From positions 1-32,000 of the forward strand of contig CP116499.1 in NCBI GenBank assembly GCA_030849405.1: 32,000 nt of DNA, read 5' to 3'. Both the position numbers and the translations under genes were made by a program. Below the pieces are notes generated by a model. It was not told the DNA's origin. It searched no databases and saw only the letters and a program-made list of their open reading frames with translations. The DNA comes from Candidatus Saccharimonadota bacterium (lineage in GTDB: Bacteria; Pseudomonadota; Gammaproteobacteria; Enterobacterales; Enterobacteriaceae_A). Position 1 is the first letter of the stretch, and the number at the start of each line of letters is the position of its first letter. Positions 20,766 through 29,882 of this stretch are shown here, piece by piece.

Positions 20766-20842
20766 TTTTTTTCCTTTAAATTTAAAAATTATTTAAATAA
20801 TTTTTTAATATTAATTTAATTTTATAATAAATATATTTTAAA

Positions 20843-21007
20843 TTATAATATTTTTTTACCTTTATAAAATTTTTTATTAGTAATATGATGTCTTAAATGT
20901 ATTTCTCCTGTTTTTATATCAGTTGATAATAATTTATTTTTTAATTTATTATGAGATCTTCTTTTTCCTTTTTTAGAACGTGATATTTTATGTTTTGGAA
21001 CAGCCAT
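20843..21007 (-). CDS. rpmF: 50S ribosomal protein L32
   Basis: This gene is not in the ORF track. My hand translation of the minus strand gives MAVPKHKISRSKKGKRRSHNKLKNKLLSTDIKTGEIHLRHHITNKKFYKGKKIL (54 aa, TAA stop). E. coli L32 reads [20 protein letters not shown]...GEKHLRHHIT. Confidence 0.92.
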   Translation of the reverse strand: MAVPKHKISRSKKGKRRSHNKLKNKLLSTDIKTGEIHLRHHITNKKFYKGKKIL

Positions 21008-21099
21008 ATTTTACCTATTAATAAAATTTAATAAAATTATTAAAATATTTTTATTTAATAATTTAATTTAATTAATTATTTTAAAAATATTTTATAAAT

Positions 21100-21993
21100 T
21101 TATTTCAATTTTTTTAAAAAATAATATAAATCAAAATCAATATTAGATATTATTTTAATATATTTTTTATTATAAGGATGTCTTAAAATAATTGTTTCAG
21201 CATGTAAAAATAATCTATTTTTTTTATTATTTATATATTTATTATCAAATAAATTTTTATTATATATTTTATCAAATAATATTGGTTTATTAACATATGA
21301 AGTATGAATTCTAATTTGATGTTTATATCCTGTAATTGGTAAAATTTTTAATAAAGTATAAAATTTATAATATCTAATTATTTTAAATAATGTTTTAGTA
21401 TATTTATTATTTATATTTTTTTTAATATTTTTTTTAATACATAATTCAATAATTGAATTTTTTTTTTTCCAAATACCATTTACTAATGATAAATATTTTT
21501 TTTTAATGTTTTTAAAATACATTTCTTTATTTAAAAAAATTAATGTTTTTCTATTTTTTGCTATTAATAAAATCCCAGATGTTTCACGATCTAATCTATG
21601 TACTAATTCTAAAAAATCATCTTTGTTTCTTAAAATTCTAATACTTTCAATAATACCACATTTAATATTACTTCCACCATGAACAGCAATACCTGTAGGT
21701 TTTTTAATTACTAAAATATCTTTATCTTCATAAATTATATGTTTTTCTAAATTATTTAAATAATATAATTTAAATTTATTTTTAATTATTTTAATACGTA
21801 ATATATCATTATATTTTAATTTATAAAAAAATTTAACACGTTTTTTATTTATTCTAATACTACCTTTTCTTATAATTTTATAAATATCATTTTTATTTTT
21901 TTTTTTTAATATTTTTTTTAAATAATTATCTATTCTTTGATTATTTTCTTCATTAATTTTTATAAATTTTATTTTTTTATTCAATACATTCAT
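21100..21993 (-). CDS. rluC: 23S rRNA pseudouridine synthase, RluA family, RluC-like
   Basis: The 297-aa ORF has an N-terminal S4 domain (QRIDNYLKKIL...IRKGSIRINKKRVK) and the catalytic motif HRLDRETSGILLIAKN. GYKHQIRIHT and NRLFLHA are also present. It is colinear with E. coli RluC as I recall it. Confidence 0.85.
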   Translation of the reverse strand: MNVLNKKIKFIKINEENNQRIDNYLKKILKKKNKNDIYKIIRKGSIRINKKRVKFFYKLKYNDILRIKIIKNKFKLYYLNNLEKHIIYEDKDILVIKKPTGIAVHGGSNIKCGIIESIRILRNKDDFLELVHRLDRETSGILLIAKNRKTLIFLNKEMYFKNIKKKYLSLVNGIWKKKNSIIELCIKKNIKKNINNKYTKTLFKIIRYYKFYTLLKILPITGYKHQIRIHTSYVNKPILFDKIYNKNLFDNKYINNKKNRLFLHAETIILRHPYNKKYIKIISNIDFDLYYFLKKLK

Positions 21994-22093
21994 AATATTT
22001 ATATTAAAGTTTTTAAAAAAATATTTTTTAAATATATATTTATATAAATTTAATAATTATTTTAGTATTAAAATAAATTTTTAAGGTATTATA

Positions 22094-22306
22094 ATGTCTA
22101 AAATATGTTATATAACTAAAAAAAAACCGATGTTTGGAAATAATAGATCTCATGCGATGAATGCTACTAAAAAAAAATTTAATCCAAATTTACATAATCA
22201 TAAATTTTGGGTTACAAAAAAAAAAAAATATTTTAATTTTAAAATTACGAAAAAAGGTTTTAAAATTATTCAAAAAAAAGGAATAAATTTTTTTTTTAAA
22301 AATTAA
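22094..22306 (+). CDS. rpmB: 50S ribosomal protein L28
   Basis: In this 70-aa [42 protein letters not shown] matches E. coli L28 [39 protein letters not shown]. An AAGG SD is present. Confidence 0.95.
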   Translation: MSKICYITKKKPMFGNNRSHAMNATKKKFNPNLHNHKFWVTKKKKYFNFKITKKGFKIIQKKGINFFFKN

Positions 22307-22326
22307 GTTATTTAAAGGAATAATAT

Positions 22327-22488
22327 ATGGCTAAAAGTATTAGAGTTAAAATTAAATTAAATTCTTCTTATAAAACAGGACATTTTTATACTACTACTAA
22401 AAATAAAAAAATTAACAAAAAAATTTTTTTTAAAAAATTTGATCCTACAATAAGAAAACATATTTTATATAAAGAATGTAAATTATAA
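22327..22488 (+). CDS. rpmG: 50S ribosomal protein L33
   Basis: This gene is not in the ORF track. My hand translation gives [53 protein letters not shown] (53 aa). E. coli L33 reads [28 protein letters not shown]...KFDPVVRQHVIYKEAK. An AAGGA SD is present and the rpmB-rpmG order is conserved. Confidence 0.93.
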   Translation: MAKSIRVKIKLNSSYKTGHFYTTTKNKKINKKIFFKKFDPTIRKHILYKECKL

Positions 22489-22508
22489 TTAAAATTATAA
22501 AAATATTG

Positions 22509-22530
22509 AAAGCCCGTAATAACGGGCTTT
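22509..22530. terminator. Bidirectional rho-independent terminator between convergent rpmG and cspC
   Basis: The stem AAAGCCCG / CGGGCTTT has a 6-nt loop (TAATAA) and is flanked by T-rich runs on both strands. It is a G+C island in AT-only DNA. Confidence 0.8.
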
Positions 22531-22543
22531 ATATTAATATTAA

Positions 22544-22753
22544 TTATAATGTTGTTACATTTATAGCAGATGGACCTTTTTGTCCTTCTTGTATTTCAAA
22601 TTCTATATTTTGACCTTCAGCAAGTGTTTTAAAACCACTACCTTGAATAGCAGAAAAATGAACAAATACATCTTTACTACCATCTGACGGTGTAATAAAT
22701 CCAAAACCTTTTGATTCATTAAACCATTTAACTTGTCCTCTCATTTTTGTCAT
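22544..22753 (-). CDS. cspC: Cold-shock-domain protein, CspC-like
   Basis: This 69-aa ORF differs at roughly 11 positions, by eye, from E. coli CspC as I recall it. RNP motifs KGFGFI and VFVHF are present, with an AAGGA SD. It is clearly more G+C-rich than its surroundings. Confidence 0.93.
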   Translation of the reverse strand: MTKMRGQVKWFNESKGFGFITPSDGSKDVFVHFSAIQGSGFKTLAEGQNIEFEIQEGQKGPSAINVTTL

Positions 22754-22813
22754 TTTTAATTTCCTTCAAATATTTTTAAAATATTAAATTTTTTAAAAAT
22801 TAAATTTAATTAA

Positions 22814-22886
22814 TGAGTGATGGAGGAATTGAACCTCCGACTGTCTCCGTGTAAAGGAGAAACTCTACCATCTGAGTTAATCACTC
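22814..22886 (-). tRNA. tRNA-Val (UAC)
   Basis: The reverse complement folds as acceptor GAGTGAT/ATCACTC, anticodon stem-loop TCTCC-TTTACAC-GGAGA and T arm GGAGG-TTCAATT-CCTCC. No CCA is encoded. Confidence 0.9.
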
Positions 22887-22902
22887 TAAATTTTATGAAT
22901 AT

Positions 22903-22931
22903 ATTATAAATTAATTTTTTAAGAATGTCAA
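22903..22931 (-). promoter_or_regulatory. Consensus sigma70 promoter (TTGACA-N17-TATAAT) driving tRNA-Val and probably cspC
   Basis: On the minus strand, TTGACA lies at 22931..22926 and TATAAT at 22908..22903, with an exactly 17-nt spacer. The predicted start is near 22896, about 10 nt before the tRNA-Val 5' end. Confidence 0.6.
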
Positions 22932-22950
22932 CTTTTTTATATTTTAAAAA

Positions 22951-22978
22951 TTGATATTTTTAAAATTTTATATATAAT
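22951..22978 (+). promoter_or_regulatory. Candidate sigma70 promoter for fabV (TTGATA-N16-TATAAT)
   Basis: TTGATA lies at 22951-22956 and TATAAT at 22973-22978. It is back to back with the tRNA-Val promoter and about 87 nt upstream of the fabV ATG. TATAAT-like hexamers are common in this DNA, so support is modest. Confidence 0.35.
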
Positions 22979-23064
22979 TTAATTTTTAAAATAAATAAAA
23001 TTATAATTAAAAATTATTTAATAATAAATATTTAATTAAATTTTAATTAATAAATAAGGTAATA

Positions 23065-24252
23065 ATGATAATAAAACCCAGATTTAAAAAATTTTTTTGT
23101 ATTACTTCACATCCAATAGGATGTGAATATAATATTTATAATCAAATTAACTATGTTAAAAAAAGATATAATTTTATTAAAAATGGTCCAAAAAAAGTAT
23201 TAATAATAGGTTCTTCATCAGGATTTGGATTAGCATCTAGAATAGTTACTTCATTTGGTTTTGAAGCTAAAACCATAGGAGTATTTCTTGAAAAAAAAAA
23301 TTTTTTTTTAAATTTTTCAAATGAAGGTTGGTATAATGCTGCTTCTTTTAATAAATTTTCTAAAATTTTAGGTTTATATTCTAAAAATATAAATTGTGAT
23401 GCTTTTTCTGATGAATGTAAAAATAAAGTTATTAATTTAATTAAAAAAGATTTAGGTAAAATTGATTTAGTTATTTATTCTATATCTGCAAAATATAAAA
23501 TATTAAAAAATAATAAAGTAATTAATGCTGTAATTAAACCAATTAAAAGACAATATACAAATAAAACTATTAATATAACTAAAAATAAAATTTTGAAATC
23601 AACAATAAAAGCAGCTAATTTAAAAGAAATTAAAGATACAATATCAGTTATGGGAGGTTCAGATTGGGAATTATGGATGTTAAAATTAAAGGAAGCTAAT
23701 GTTTTAGAAAAAGGTGTTATATCAATTGCATATTCTTGTATAAGTAATAAAATAATAACACCAATATATAAAAATGGTACATTTGGTTTAGCTAAATCAG
23801 ATTTTAACCGTTCGGCTATTAAAATTAAAAAAATTTTAAAAAATTTGAATGCAATTGTAAATGTAGTAATTTTAAAAACTACAATTACAAAAAGTAATTA
23901 TTTAAATCCTTATATGAATTTATATATTTCTATTCTTTATAAAGTTATGAAAGAAAAAAATTTACATGAAGATTGTATAGGTCAAATTTTTCGTTTAATG
24001 ACTACATGTTTATATAACAAATCTTATAAAACTGATAAATATAATCGAATACGTATGGATAACTGGGAACAAAAAAAAACTGTTCAAAATAAATGTAAAA
24101 AAATATGGTCAATAGTTAATTCAAATAATTTTAAAGAAAATACAGATTATTTTAATTGTAAAAGAGATTTTTTACGTTTATTTGGATTTAGTTTATCTGA
24201 AATAAATTATAAAGTTGATATTAATACAAATGTTAATTTAGATATTATATAA
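23065..24252 (+). CDS. fabV: Enoyl-[acyl-carrier-protein] reductase [NADH], FabV type
   Basis: The 395-aa ORF is colinear with Vibrio/Yersinia-type FabV as I recall it. Matching segments are MIIKPRFKKFFCITSHPIGCE, VLIIGSSSGFGLASRI, VMGGSDWELW, the active-site region YSCISNKIITPIYKNGTFGLAK and the terminal LFGF. An AAGG SD is present. Confidence 0.9.
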   Translation: MIIKPRFKKFFCITSHPIGCEYNIYNQINYVKKRYNFIKNGPKKVLIIGSSSGFGLASRIVTSFGFEAKTIGVFLEKKNFFLNFSNEGWYNAASFNKFSKILGLYSKNINCDAFSDECKNKVINLIKKDLGKIDLVIYSISAKYKILKNNKVINAVIKPIKRQYTNKTINITKNKILKSTIKAANLKEIKDTISVMGGSDWELWMLKLKEANVLEKGVISIAYSCISNKIITPIYKNGTFGLAKSDFNRSAIKIKKILKNLNAIVNVVILKTTITKSNYLNPYMNLYISILYKVMKEKNLHEDCIGQIFRLMTTCLYNKSYKTDKYNRIRMDNWEQKKTVQNKCKKIWSIVNSNNFKENTDYFNCKRDFLRLFGFSLSEINYKVDINTNVNLDII

Positions 24253-24385
24253 AATAAAATATATTTTAAAAATATTTTTAAAATTTAAATTATTTTTTAA
24301 TATACAAAATATTTTATTTATTAGAATATTAATCTAAAATATTATAGAATTTTATAATTATTATATTTTACAATAAAATAAATTA

Positions 24386-24474
24386 GGTGAGATAGCTTAG
24401 TGGTTTAAAGCGCTCCTCTGCTAAGGGAGTATACATTATAAATAGTATCCGGGGTTCGAATCCCCGTCTCACCT
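24386..24474 (+). tRNA. tRNA-Ser (GCU), class II with a long variable arm
   Basis: It folds as acceptor GGTGAGA/TCTCACC, anticodon loop CTGCTAA, variable-arm stem ATAC/GTAT and T arm CGGGG-TTCGAAT-CCCCG. No CCA is encoded. Confidence 0.9.
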
Positions 24475-24479
24475 TAATT

Positions 24480-24553
24480 GCATCTGTAGCTCAGTTGGAT
24501 AGAGTACTTGGCTACGAACCGAGCGGTCGAAGGTTCAAATCCTTCCAGATGCA
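24480..24553 (+). tRNA. tRNA-Arg (ACG)
   Basis: It folds as acceptor GCATCTG/CAGATGC and anticodon loop CTACGAA, and is near-identical to E. coli tRNA-Arg(ACG) as I recall it. It begins 5 nt after tRNA-Ser, mirroring the enteric serV-argV arrangement. No CCA is encoded. Confidence 0.93.
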
Positions 24554-24609
24554 ATTTAAAATAATTTATTTTATTAAATTAATAATTTAAATAAAAAAAA
24601 AATATTATA

Positions 24610-24939
24610 ATGAAAAAATTTTTATCTTTTAATATAAATAAAACAGCAATTAAAAAAATTAAAACTTTTATTAATAACAAAAAAATAAGAATTTTTGTTC
24701 AAGGTGGTGGATGTGGAGGTTTAAAATATGGATTTATTTTAGTTAAAAAAAAAAAAAAAAATGATATATGTATAATTAAAAAAAAAATGATAATATTAAT
24801 TGATTCTATTAGTTTTCAATATTTATCAGGTAGTTATTTATTTTATAAACATTATTTAGAAGAATCAAAATTTATTATTAAAAATTTAAATATTAAAACA
24901 ACATGTCATTGTGGTTCTTCAATTAATTTTATTAAATAA
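24610..24939 (+). CDS. erpA: Iron-sulfur cluster insertion protein, A-type carrier, ErpA-like
   Basis: The 109-aa ORF has GGGCGGLKYGF (E. coli ErpA GGGCSGFQYGF) and the C-terminal CHCGSS (ErpA CGCGSS). Confidence 0.85.
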   Translation: MKKFLSFNINKTAIKKIKTFINNKKIRIFVQGGGCGGLKYGFILVKKKKKNDICIIKKKMIILIDSISFQYLSGSYLFYKHYLEESKFIIKNLNIKTTCHCGSSINFIK

Positions 24940-24965
24940 AATTAAATTAAATTAAAAATTACTAA

Positions 24966-26216
24966 TTATTTAATTTTAATTTTTGGTTTTATAATATTAA
25001 TTATAGTAATTAATAAAGTTTTTATATATCCTTGTATTTTAATATGATGCAATTTATGTAATAAAATGTATATAAAATATGCAATTTTTCCTTTTATAAT
25101 TATATTTTTATTTATTATTTTAATTATTAAATAACCAATTGTATAGAATTTAGATAAAGATATTATAGTTCCATAATCATTATATTTATATAATTTTAAT
25201 TTTTTATTATTTAAAAGATATAAAATATTTTTAAAACATAAATTTGCCATTTGATGTGCTGATTGAGCGCGTGATGGAACAAATTGATTATCACCTATTT
25301 TTAAAGATGCACAATCTCCAATAGCAAAAATATTTTTATCTAATGTAGTTTGTAAAGTAGGTTTAATTAATAATTGATTAATTTTATTAATTTTTAATCC
25401 TTTAATATTTTTTATAAAATTAGATATTTTAATACCAGCTGTCCAAATTATTAAATTAGCATTTATAAAAATATTTTTATTAGTTTTTAAACCATATTTA
25501 TATATATTAGTTACTATAGTATTTTTTATAATAATAATACCAATTTCTTTAAGTTTATTATATATATTTAATGAAATTTTTATTGGTAATAAAGAAAGAA
25601 TTTTTTTACCAGCTTCTATAATTATAATATTTATTAATTTTTTACTAATAATATAATTATATTTTTTTAATTCTTTTATTAAGTTTGAAATTTCAGCAGA
25701 TAATTCTATTCCAGTTGCTCCACCACCTACAATAATTATTTTTTTTTTTTTAAATTTATTATTTAATAAAATATTAAATATTTTTTTATGTAATAATATT
25801 GCTTGTTTAATATTATCTAAAAAAAAACAATTTTGTTTTACTCCAGGTATATTAAAGTCATTAGATATACTTCCTAATGCAATAACTAATATATCATATT
25901 TTAGTGTTTTTTTAATTTTTTTTTTTTTTTCTATATATTTATATATTATTTTTTTTTTATATTTATTAATATTTATTAAACATCCTAATTTAAAATTATA
26001 ATTGTTATTATATGCATGATCATAAAAATTAATTGCATTTGTATTAACATCTAAGTAACCTGAAGAAATTTCATGTAATATAGGTTTCCATATATGATAT
26101 GAATTTTTATCTATTAATGTTATATTTACTTTATATCCTAATTTATTACTTAAAAGTTTAGTTAATTCTAACCCACCAATTCCACCACCTATTATTATTA
26201 TATTTTTTTTTTCCAT
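24966..26216 (-). CDS. ndh: Type II NADH dehydrogenase (NDH-2)
   Basis: The 416-aa ORF is colinear with E. coli Ndh. It has two dinucleotide motifs (IIGGGIGG, VGGGATG) plus HIWKPILHE, AIGDCAS and PSRAQSAHQMA. An AAGGA SD is present. Confidence 0.93.
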   Translation of the reverse strand: MEKKNIIIIGGGIGGLELTKLLSNKLGYKVNITLIDKNSYHIWKPILHEISSGYLDVNTNAINFYDHAYNNNYNFKLGCLININKYKKKIIYKYIEKKKKIKKTLKYDILVIALGSISNDFNIPGVKQNCFFLDNIKQAILLHKKIFNILLNNKFKKKKIIIVGGGATGIELSAEISNLIKELKKYNYIISKKLINIIIIEAGKKILSLLPIKISLNIYNKLKEIGIIIIKNTIVTNIYKYGLKTNKNIFINANLIIWTAGIKISNFIKNIKGLKINKINQLLIKPTLQTTLDKNIFAIGDCASLKIGDNQFVPSRAQSAHQMANLCFKNILYLLNNKKLKLYKYNDYGTIISLSKFYTIGYLIIKIINKNIIIKGKIAYFIYILLHKLHHIKIQGYIKTLLITIINIIKPKIKIK

Positions 26217-26349
26217 TCTAATTTCCTTTAAATTTTTATTATAATAATTTATTATTTATTTTAAAATTTAAAATATTTTTTATTTAATAATAAAAATATA
26301 ATATTATTTAATAATTTTAAATATATAAAATTAAATTTTTTGATTATTT

Positions 26350-26490
26350 ATGAAATATACTTTTCAACCTTCTATTTTGAAAAGAAATAGAAAATATGGA
26401 TTTAGAATTAAAATGTCAAATAAAAATGGTCGTAAAATTTTATCAAGAAGACGTTTTAAAGGTAGAAAAAAATTAATATCATATAAATAA
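26350..26490 (+). CDS. rpmH: 50S ribosomal protein L34
   Basis: This gene is not in the ORF track. My hand translation gives [46 protein letters not shown] (46 aa). E. coli L34 reads [39 protein letters not shown]. It lies directly upstream of rnpA. Confidence 0.95.
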   Translation: MKYTFQPSILKRNRKYGFRIKMSNKNGRKILSRRRFKGRKKLISYK

Positions 26491-26495
26491 TTAAA

Positions 26496-26837
26496 ATGAT
26501 AAATTTTATTTTTAATAAAGACTTAAAAATATTAAATAATAATTTAATATTAAATTTTAAAAAGTCAACCAAATATAATAATAAATATTTTAATGTTATT
26601 AAAATTACTAATAATTTAGAATATGCAAGATTAAATATAATTATTAATAAAAAACATATTAAATATTCACATGATAGAAATCGTTATAAAAGAATAATTA
26701 AAGAAAGCTTTCGTATTAATAAATATTTATTACCTCTATTAGATTTTATTATATTTTCAAAAAAAAAATTAAATAAATTAAATAATTATAAATTTATTAT
26801 AAATTTAAATAAAATTTGGACTTTTAAAAATTATTAA
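26496..26837 (+). CDS. rnpA: Ribonuclease P protein component
   Basis: The 113-aa ORF contains the RNR-type motif SHDRNRYKRIIKESFR. The rpmH-rnpA-yidC order is conserved. Confidence 0.88.
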   Translation: MINFIFNKDLKILNNNLILNFKKSTKYNNKYFNVIKITNNLEYARLNIIINKKHIKYSHDRNRYKRIIKESFRINKYLLPLLDFIIFSKKKLNKLNNYKFIINLNKIWTFKNY

Positions 26838-26869
26838 TTTTAATAAATTAAATTAATGAGAAATAAATT

Positions 26870-28435
26870 TTGATTATAAAAAAAAAATTATTAATAATAA
26901 TTTTATTTTTAATGTTTATAATTTACACAAATCTATTTAATAGTAGTCAAAAACAAAGAAATTATTTTAAAGAAAATCAAAATAATATTAGTTTAAAATA
27001 TAATAATATTATAAATAATGTAAATAAAAATTATAAAAAAATTAAAATAGAAAATGATGTTTTATCTTTAATTATTAATACTAATGGTGGTATTATAGAA
27101 GAAGCAAAATTATTAAAATATAAAAAAGAATTAAATTCAACAGAATTATTTAAATTATTAGAAACTAATAATAAATTTATTTATCAAATTAAAAATGGTT
27201 TAATTAAAAAACAATATTTATTTAATAATTTAAATAAAATAATTAATCCAAAATTTAAAGTTGAAAAAAAAAACAATATTATAATTAATAATAAAAATTA
27301 TATTTTTGTACCAATGTGTTATAAAGATAATAATAATAATATTTTAATAAAAACTTTTATATTAAAACGAAATTGTTATGAAATTAAAATAATTGATACT
27401 TTTATAAACAATAATATAATACCTATTAAATTAAGTTATTTTGGACAAATTAATCAAAGTATAGACTTACCTAAATATATTATTAAAAAAAATTTAAAAG
27501 ATATAGCATATTCAATAGATTCTGAAAAATATAAACAAATAACTTTAAAAGATAATATTAAATTAAATTTAAATTATAAATTTGGTTGGATAGCAATGTT
27601 ACAAAAATATTTTGTAACATCAATAATGCCAATTAGTAAAATAAATAATATTTTATATAATGAAAAAATAAATAATAATGTATATATAATTGGATTTCAA
27701 TCTAATTTTATTAATATTAAACCTTTTGAAATTAAAAATTATAAAACAGCATTATGGATTGGTCCTAAATTACAAAATAATATGGAAATATTATCACCTT
27801 ATTTAAGTAAAACTATAAATTATGGATTTTTATATTTTATTTCTAAACCTTTATTTAAAATATTAATATTAATACATAATATAATTAATAACTGGGGATT
27901 TTCTATAATATTAATAACATTTTTTTTACGTATTATTATGTTACCAATATCTAAATTTCAATATATTTATTTAAAAAAAATAAAAATATTAAATCCAAAA
28001 ATTAAAAAAATTAAAAAAAAATATAAACATAATTTAGAAATATTAAATAAAAAAATATTAAAATTATATAAAATTAAAAAAATTAATCCATTATTAGGTT
28101 TAATACCTTTATTAATACAAATGCCAATATTTTTATCATTATACAATATTTTAATAGAATCTGTTGAATTAAGACACTCAAAATTTTTATTTTGGATAAA
28201 TGATCTTTCATCAAAAGATCCATATTTTATTTTACCAATATTATTAAGTATAACTATGTATTATGTACAAAAAACTTCTAATATGATTACAAATAATTCA
28301 ATAAATAAAAATATAATAAATTATATTCCAATTATTTTTAGTATTTTATTTTTTTGGTTTCCTTCAGGTTTAATTATTTATTATATAATAAATAATATTT
28401 TTATTATTATACAACAAAAAATTTATTTAAAATAA
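26870..28435 (+). CDS. yidC: Membrane protein insertase YidC
   Basis: The 521-aa ORF has a TTG start. It has an N-terminal TM helix, a large periplasmic domain and a conserved C-terminal core (ILLITFFLRIIMLPIS, NPLLGLIPLLIQMPIFLSLY, FPSGLIIYYIINNIF). Confidence 0.93.
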   Translation: MIIKKKLLIIILFLMFIIYTNLFNSSQKQRNYFKENQNNISLKYNNIINNVNKNYKKIKIENDVLSLIINTNGGIIEEAKLLKYKKELNSTELFKLLETNNKFIYQIKNGLIKKQYLFNNLNKIINPKFKVEKKNNIIINNKNYIFVPMCYKDNNNNILIKTFILKRNCYEIKIIDTFINNNIIPIKLSYFGQINQSIDLPKYIIKKNLKDIAYSIDSEKYKQITLKDNIKLNLNYKFGWIAMLQKYFVTSIMPISKINNILYNEKINNNVYIIGFQSNFINIKPFEIKNYKTALWIGPKLQNNMEILSPYLSKTINYGFLYFISKPLFKILILIHNIINNWGFSIILITFFLRIIMLPISKFQYIYLKKIKILNPKIKKIKKKYKHNLEILNKKILKLYKIKKINPLLGLIPLLIQMPIFLSLYNILIESVELRHSKFLFWINDLSSKDPYFILPILLSITMYYVQKTSNMITNNSINKNIINYIPIIFSILFFWFPSGLIIYYIINNIFIIIQQKIYLK

Positions 28436-28467
28436 ATATAAATTTAATTTAAAATATTTTTAATAAT

Positions 28468-29829
28468 ATGAATAATTATAATACAATTATAGCTCAAGCT
28501 ACACCTATAGGTAGAGGTGGAATAGGAGTTATTCGAATTTCTGGTTTAAATACTAAAAAAATTGCTTATTTAATATTAAAAAAAATCCCAAAACCAAGAT
28601 TTGCTAAATATATTTCATTTTATAATTGTAAAAATAAAATTTTAGATAAAGGAATTGCTTTATGGTTTCCTAAACCAAAGTCTTTTACTGGTGAAGATGT
28701 TTTAGAATTACATTGTCATGGTGGACCTATTATTATTAATTTATTAATTGAAAGTATTTTAAAAACAAAAAAAGTACGTATTTCTAAACCAGGTGAATTT
28801 TTAAAACGTGCATTTTTAAATAATAAATTAGATTTAATACAAGTAGAATCAATTTATGATTTAATTAATGCTAATTCTATATTAGCAACTAAATTAGCTA
28901 TTAAATCTTTAAATGGTTTATTTTCAATAAAAATAAATAATATTATTAAATTAGTTAATAATTTAAGAATAAATTTGGAAACGCAAATAAATTTTTTAAG
29001 TGAAGATGTTAATATAATTAATAAAAAAGAAATTAAAAAATATTTAAATAATATTATTAAAAATATTAATAATTTATTAAAAAATTCAATTAAAGGTTAT
29101 ATGTTAAGAGAAGAAAAAAAAATAGTTATAATTGGTTTACCAAATGTAGGTAAATCAAGTTTAATTAATATTTTATCAGAAGATAAAGTTTCAATAGTAA
29201 CTAAATTTTTAGGTACTACTAGAGATATAATAAAACAAAATATTGAAATTAATAATATTCAAATTAATATAATTGATACTGCTGGTTTAAGATTAACTAA
29301 AAATAAAATAGAAAAAATTGGAATTAAAAAAACTATAAAAACAATAAAACAATCAGATCATTTATTATTTTTAATTAGTTCAATTAAAAAAAAAAATTTT
29401 TTAAATTTAAAATATAATTTTATTAAAAATATTCCTAATAATTTATCTATTACAGTTATTAGAAATAAAATTGATTTAACAAAAGAATTACCTGGAATTT
29501 TTTTATTAAAAAATTATACTTTAATTTGTTTATCTTTAATTAATTTAAATGGAGTTGTTTTATTAAAAGAATATTTAAAAAAAAAAATTGTTTTAAATAA
29601 TAATTTTACAGAAAATATTTTTTTGTCACGTTTAAGACATTTAGAATTATTAAAAAAAGCTAAATATTATTTAATAAAATCTAAAAAAAAATTGAAATAT
29701 ATTTTTTATAAAGAATTATTAGCTCAAAAATTAATATTAGTTAATAATGAATTAAATAAGTTAATTGGTATTAAAAAAGATAAAAATATAATAAATGAAA
29801 TTTTTTCTAAATTTTGTATTGGTAAATAA
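28468..29829 (+). CDS. mnmE: tRNA modification GTPase MnmE (TrmE)
   Basis: The 453-aa ORF has N-terminal IAQATPIGRGGIGVIRISG, G1 GLPNVGKSS, DTAGLR and the C-terminal CIGK motif. Confidence 0.95.
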   Translation: MNNYNTIIAQATPIGRGGIGVIRISGLNTKKIAYLILKKIPKPRFAKYISFYNCKNKILDKGIALWFPKPKSFTGEDVLELHCHGGPIIINLLIESILKTKKVRISKPGEFLKRAFLNNKLDLIQVESIYDLINANSILATKLAIKSLNGLFSIKINNIIKLVNNLRINLETQINFLSEDVNIINKKEIKKYLNNIIKNINNLLKNSIKGYMLREEKKIVIIGLPNVGKSSLINILSEDKVSIVTKFLGTTRDIIKQNIEINNIQINIIDTAGLRLTKNKIEKIGIKKTIKTIKQSDHLLFLISSIKKKNFLNLKYNFIKNIPNNLSITVIRNKIDLTKELPGIFLLKNYTLICLSLINLNGVVLLKEYLKKKIVLNNNFTENIFLSRLRHLELLKKAKYYLIKSKKKLKYIFYKELLAQKLILVNNELNKLIGIKKDKNIINEIFSKFCIGK

Positions 29830-29882
29830 TATTTTTGTATTATTTAATTTATAATTTATAATTTTATCTTTTATTAATATAT

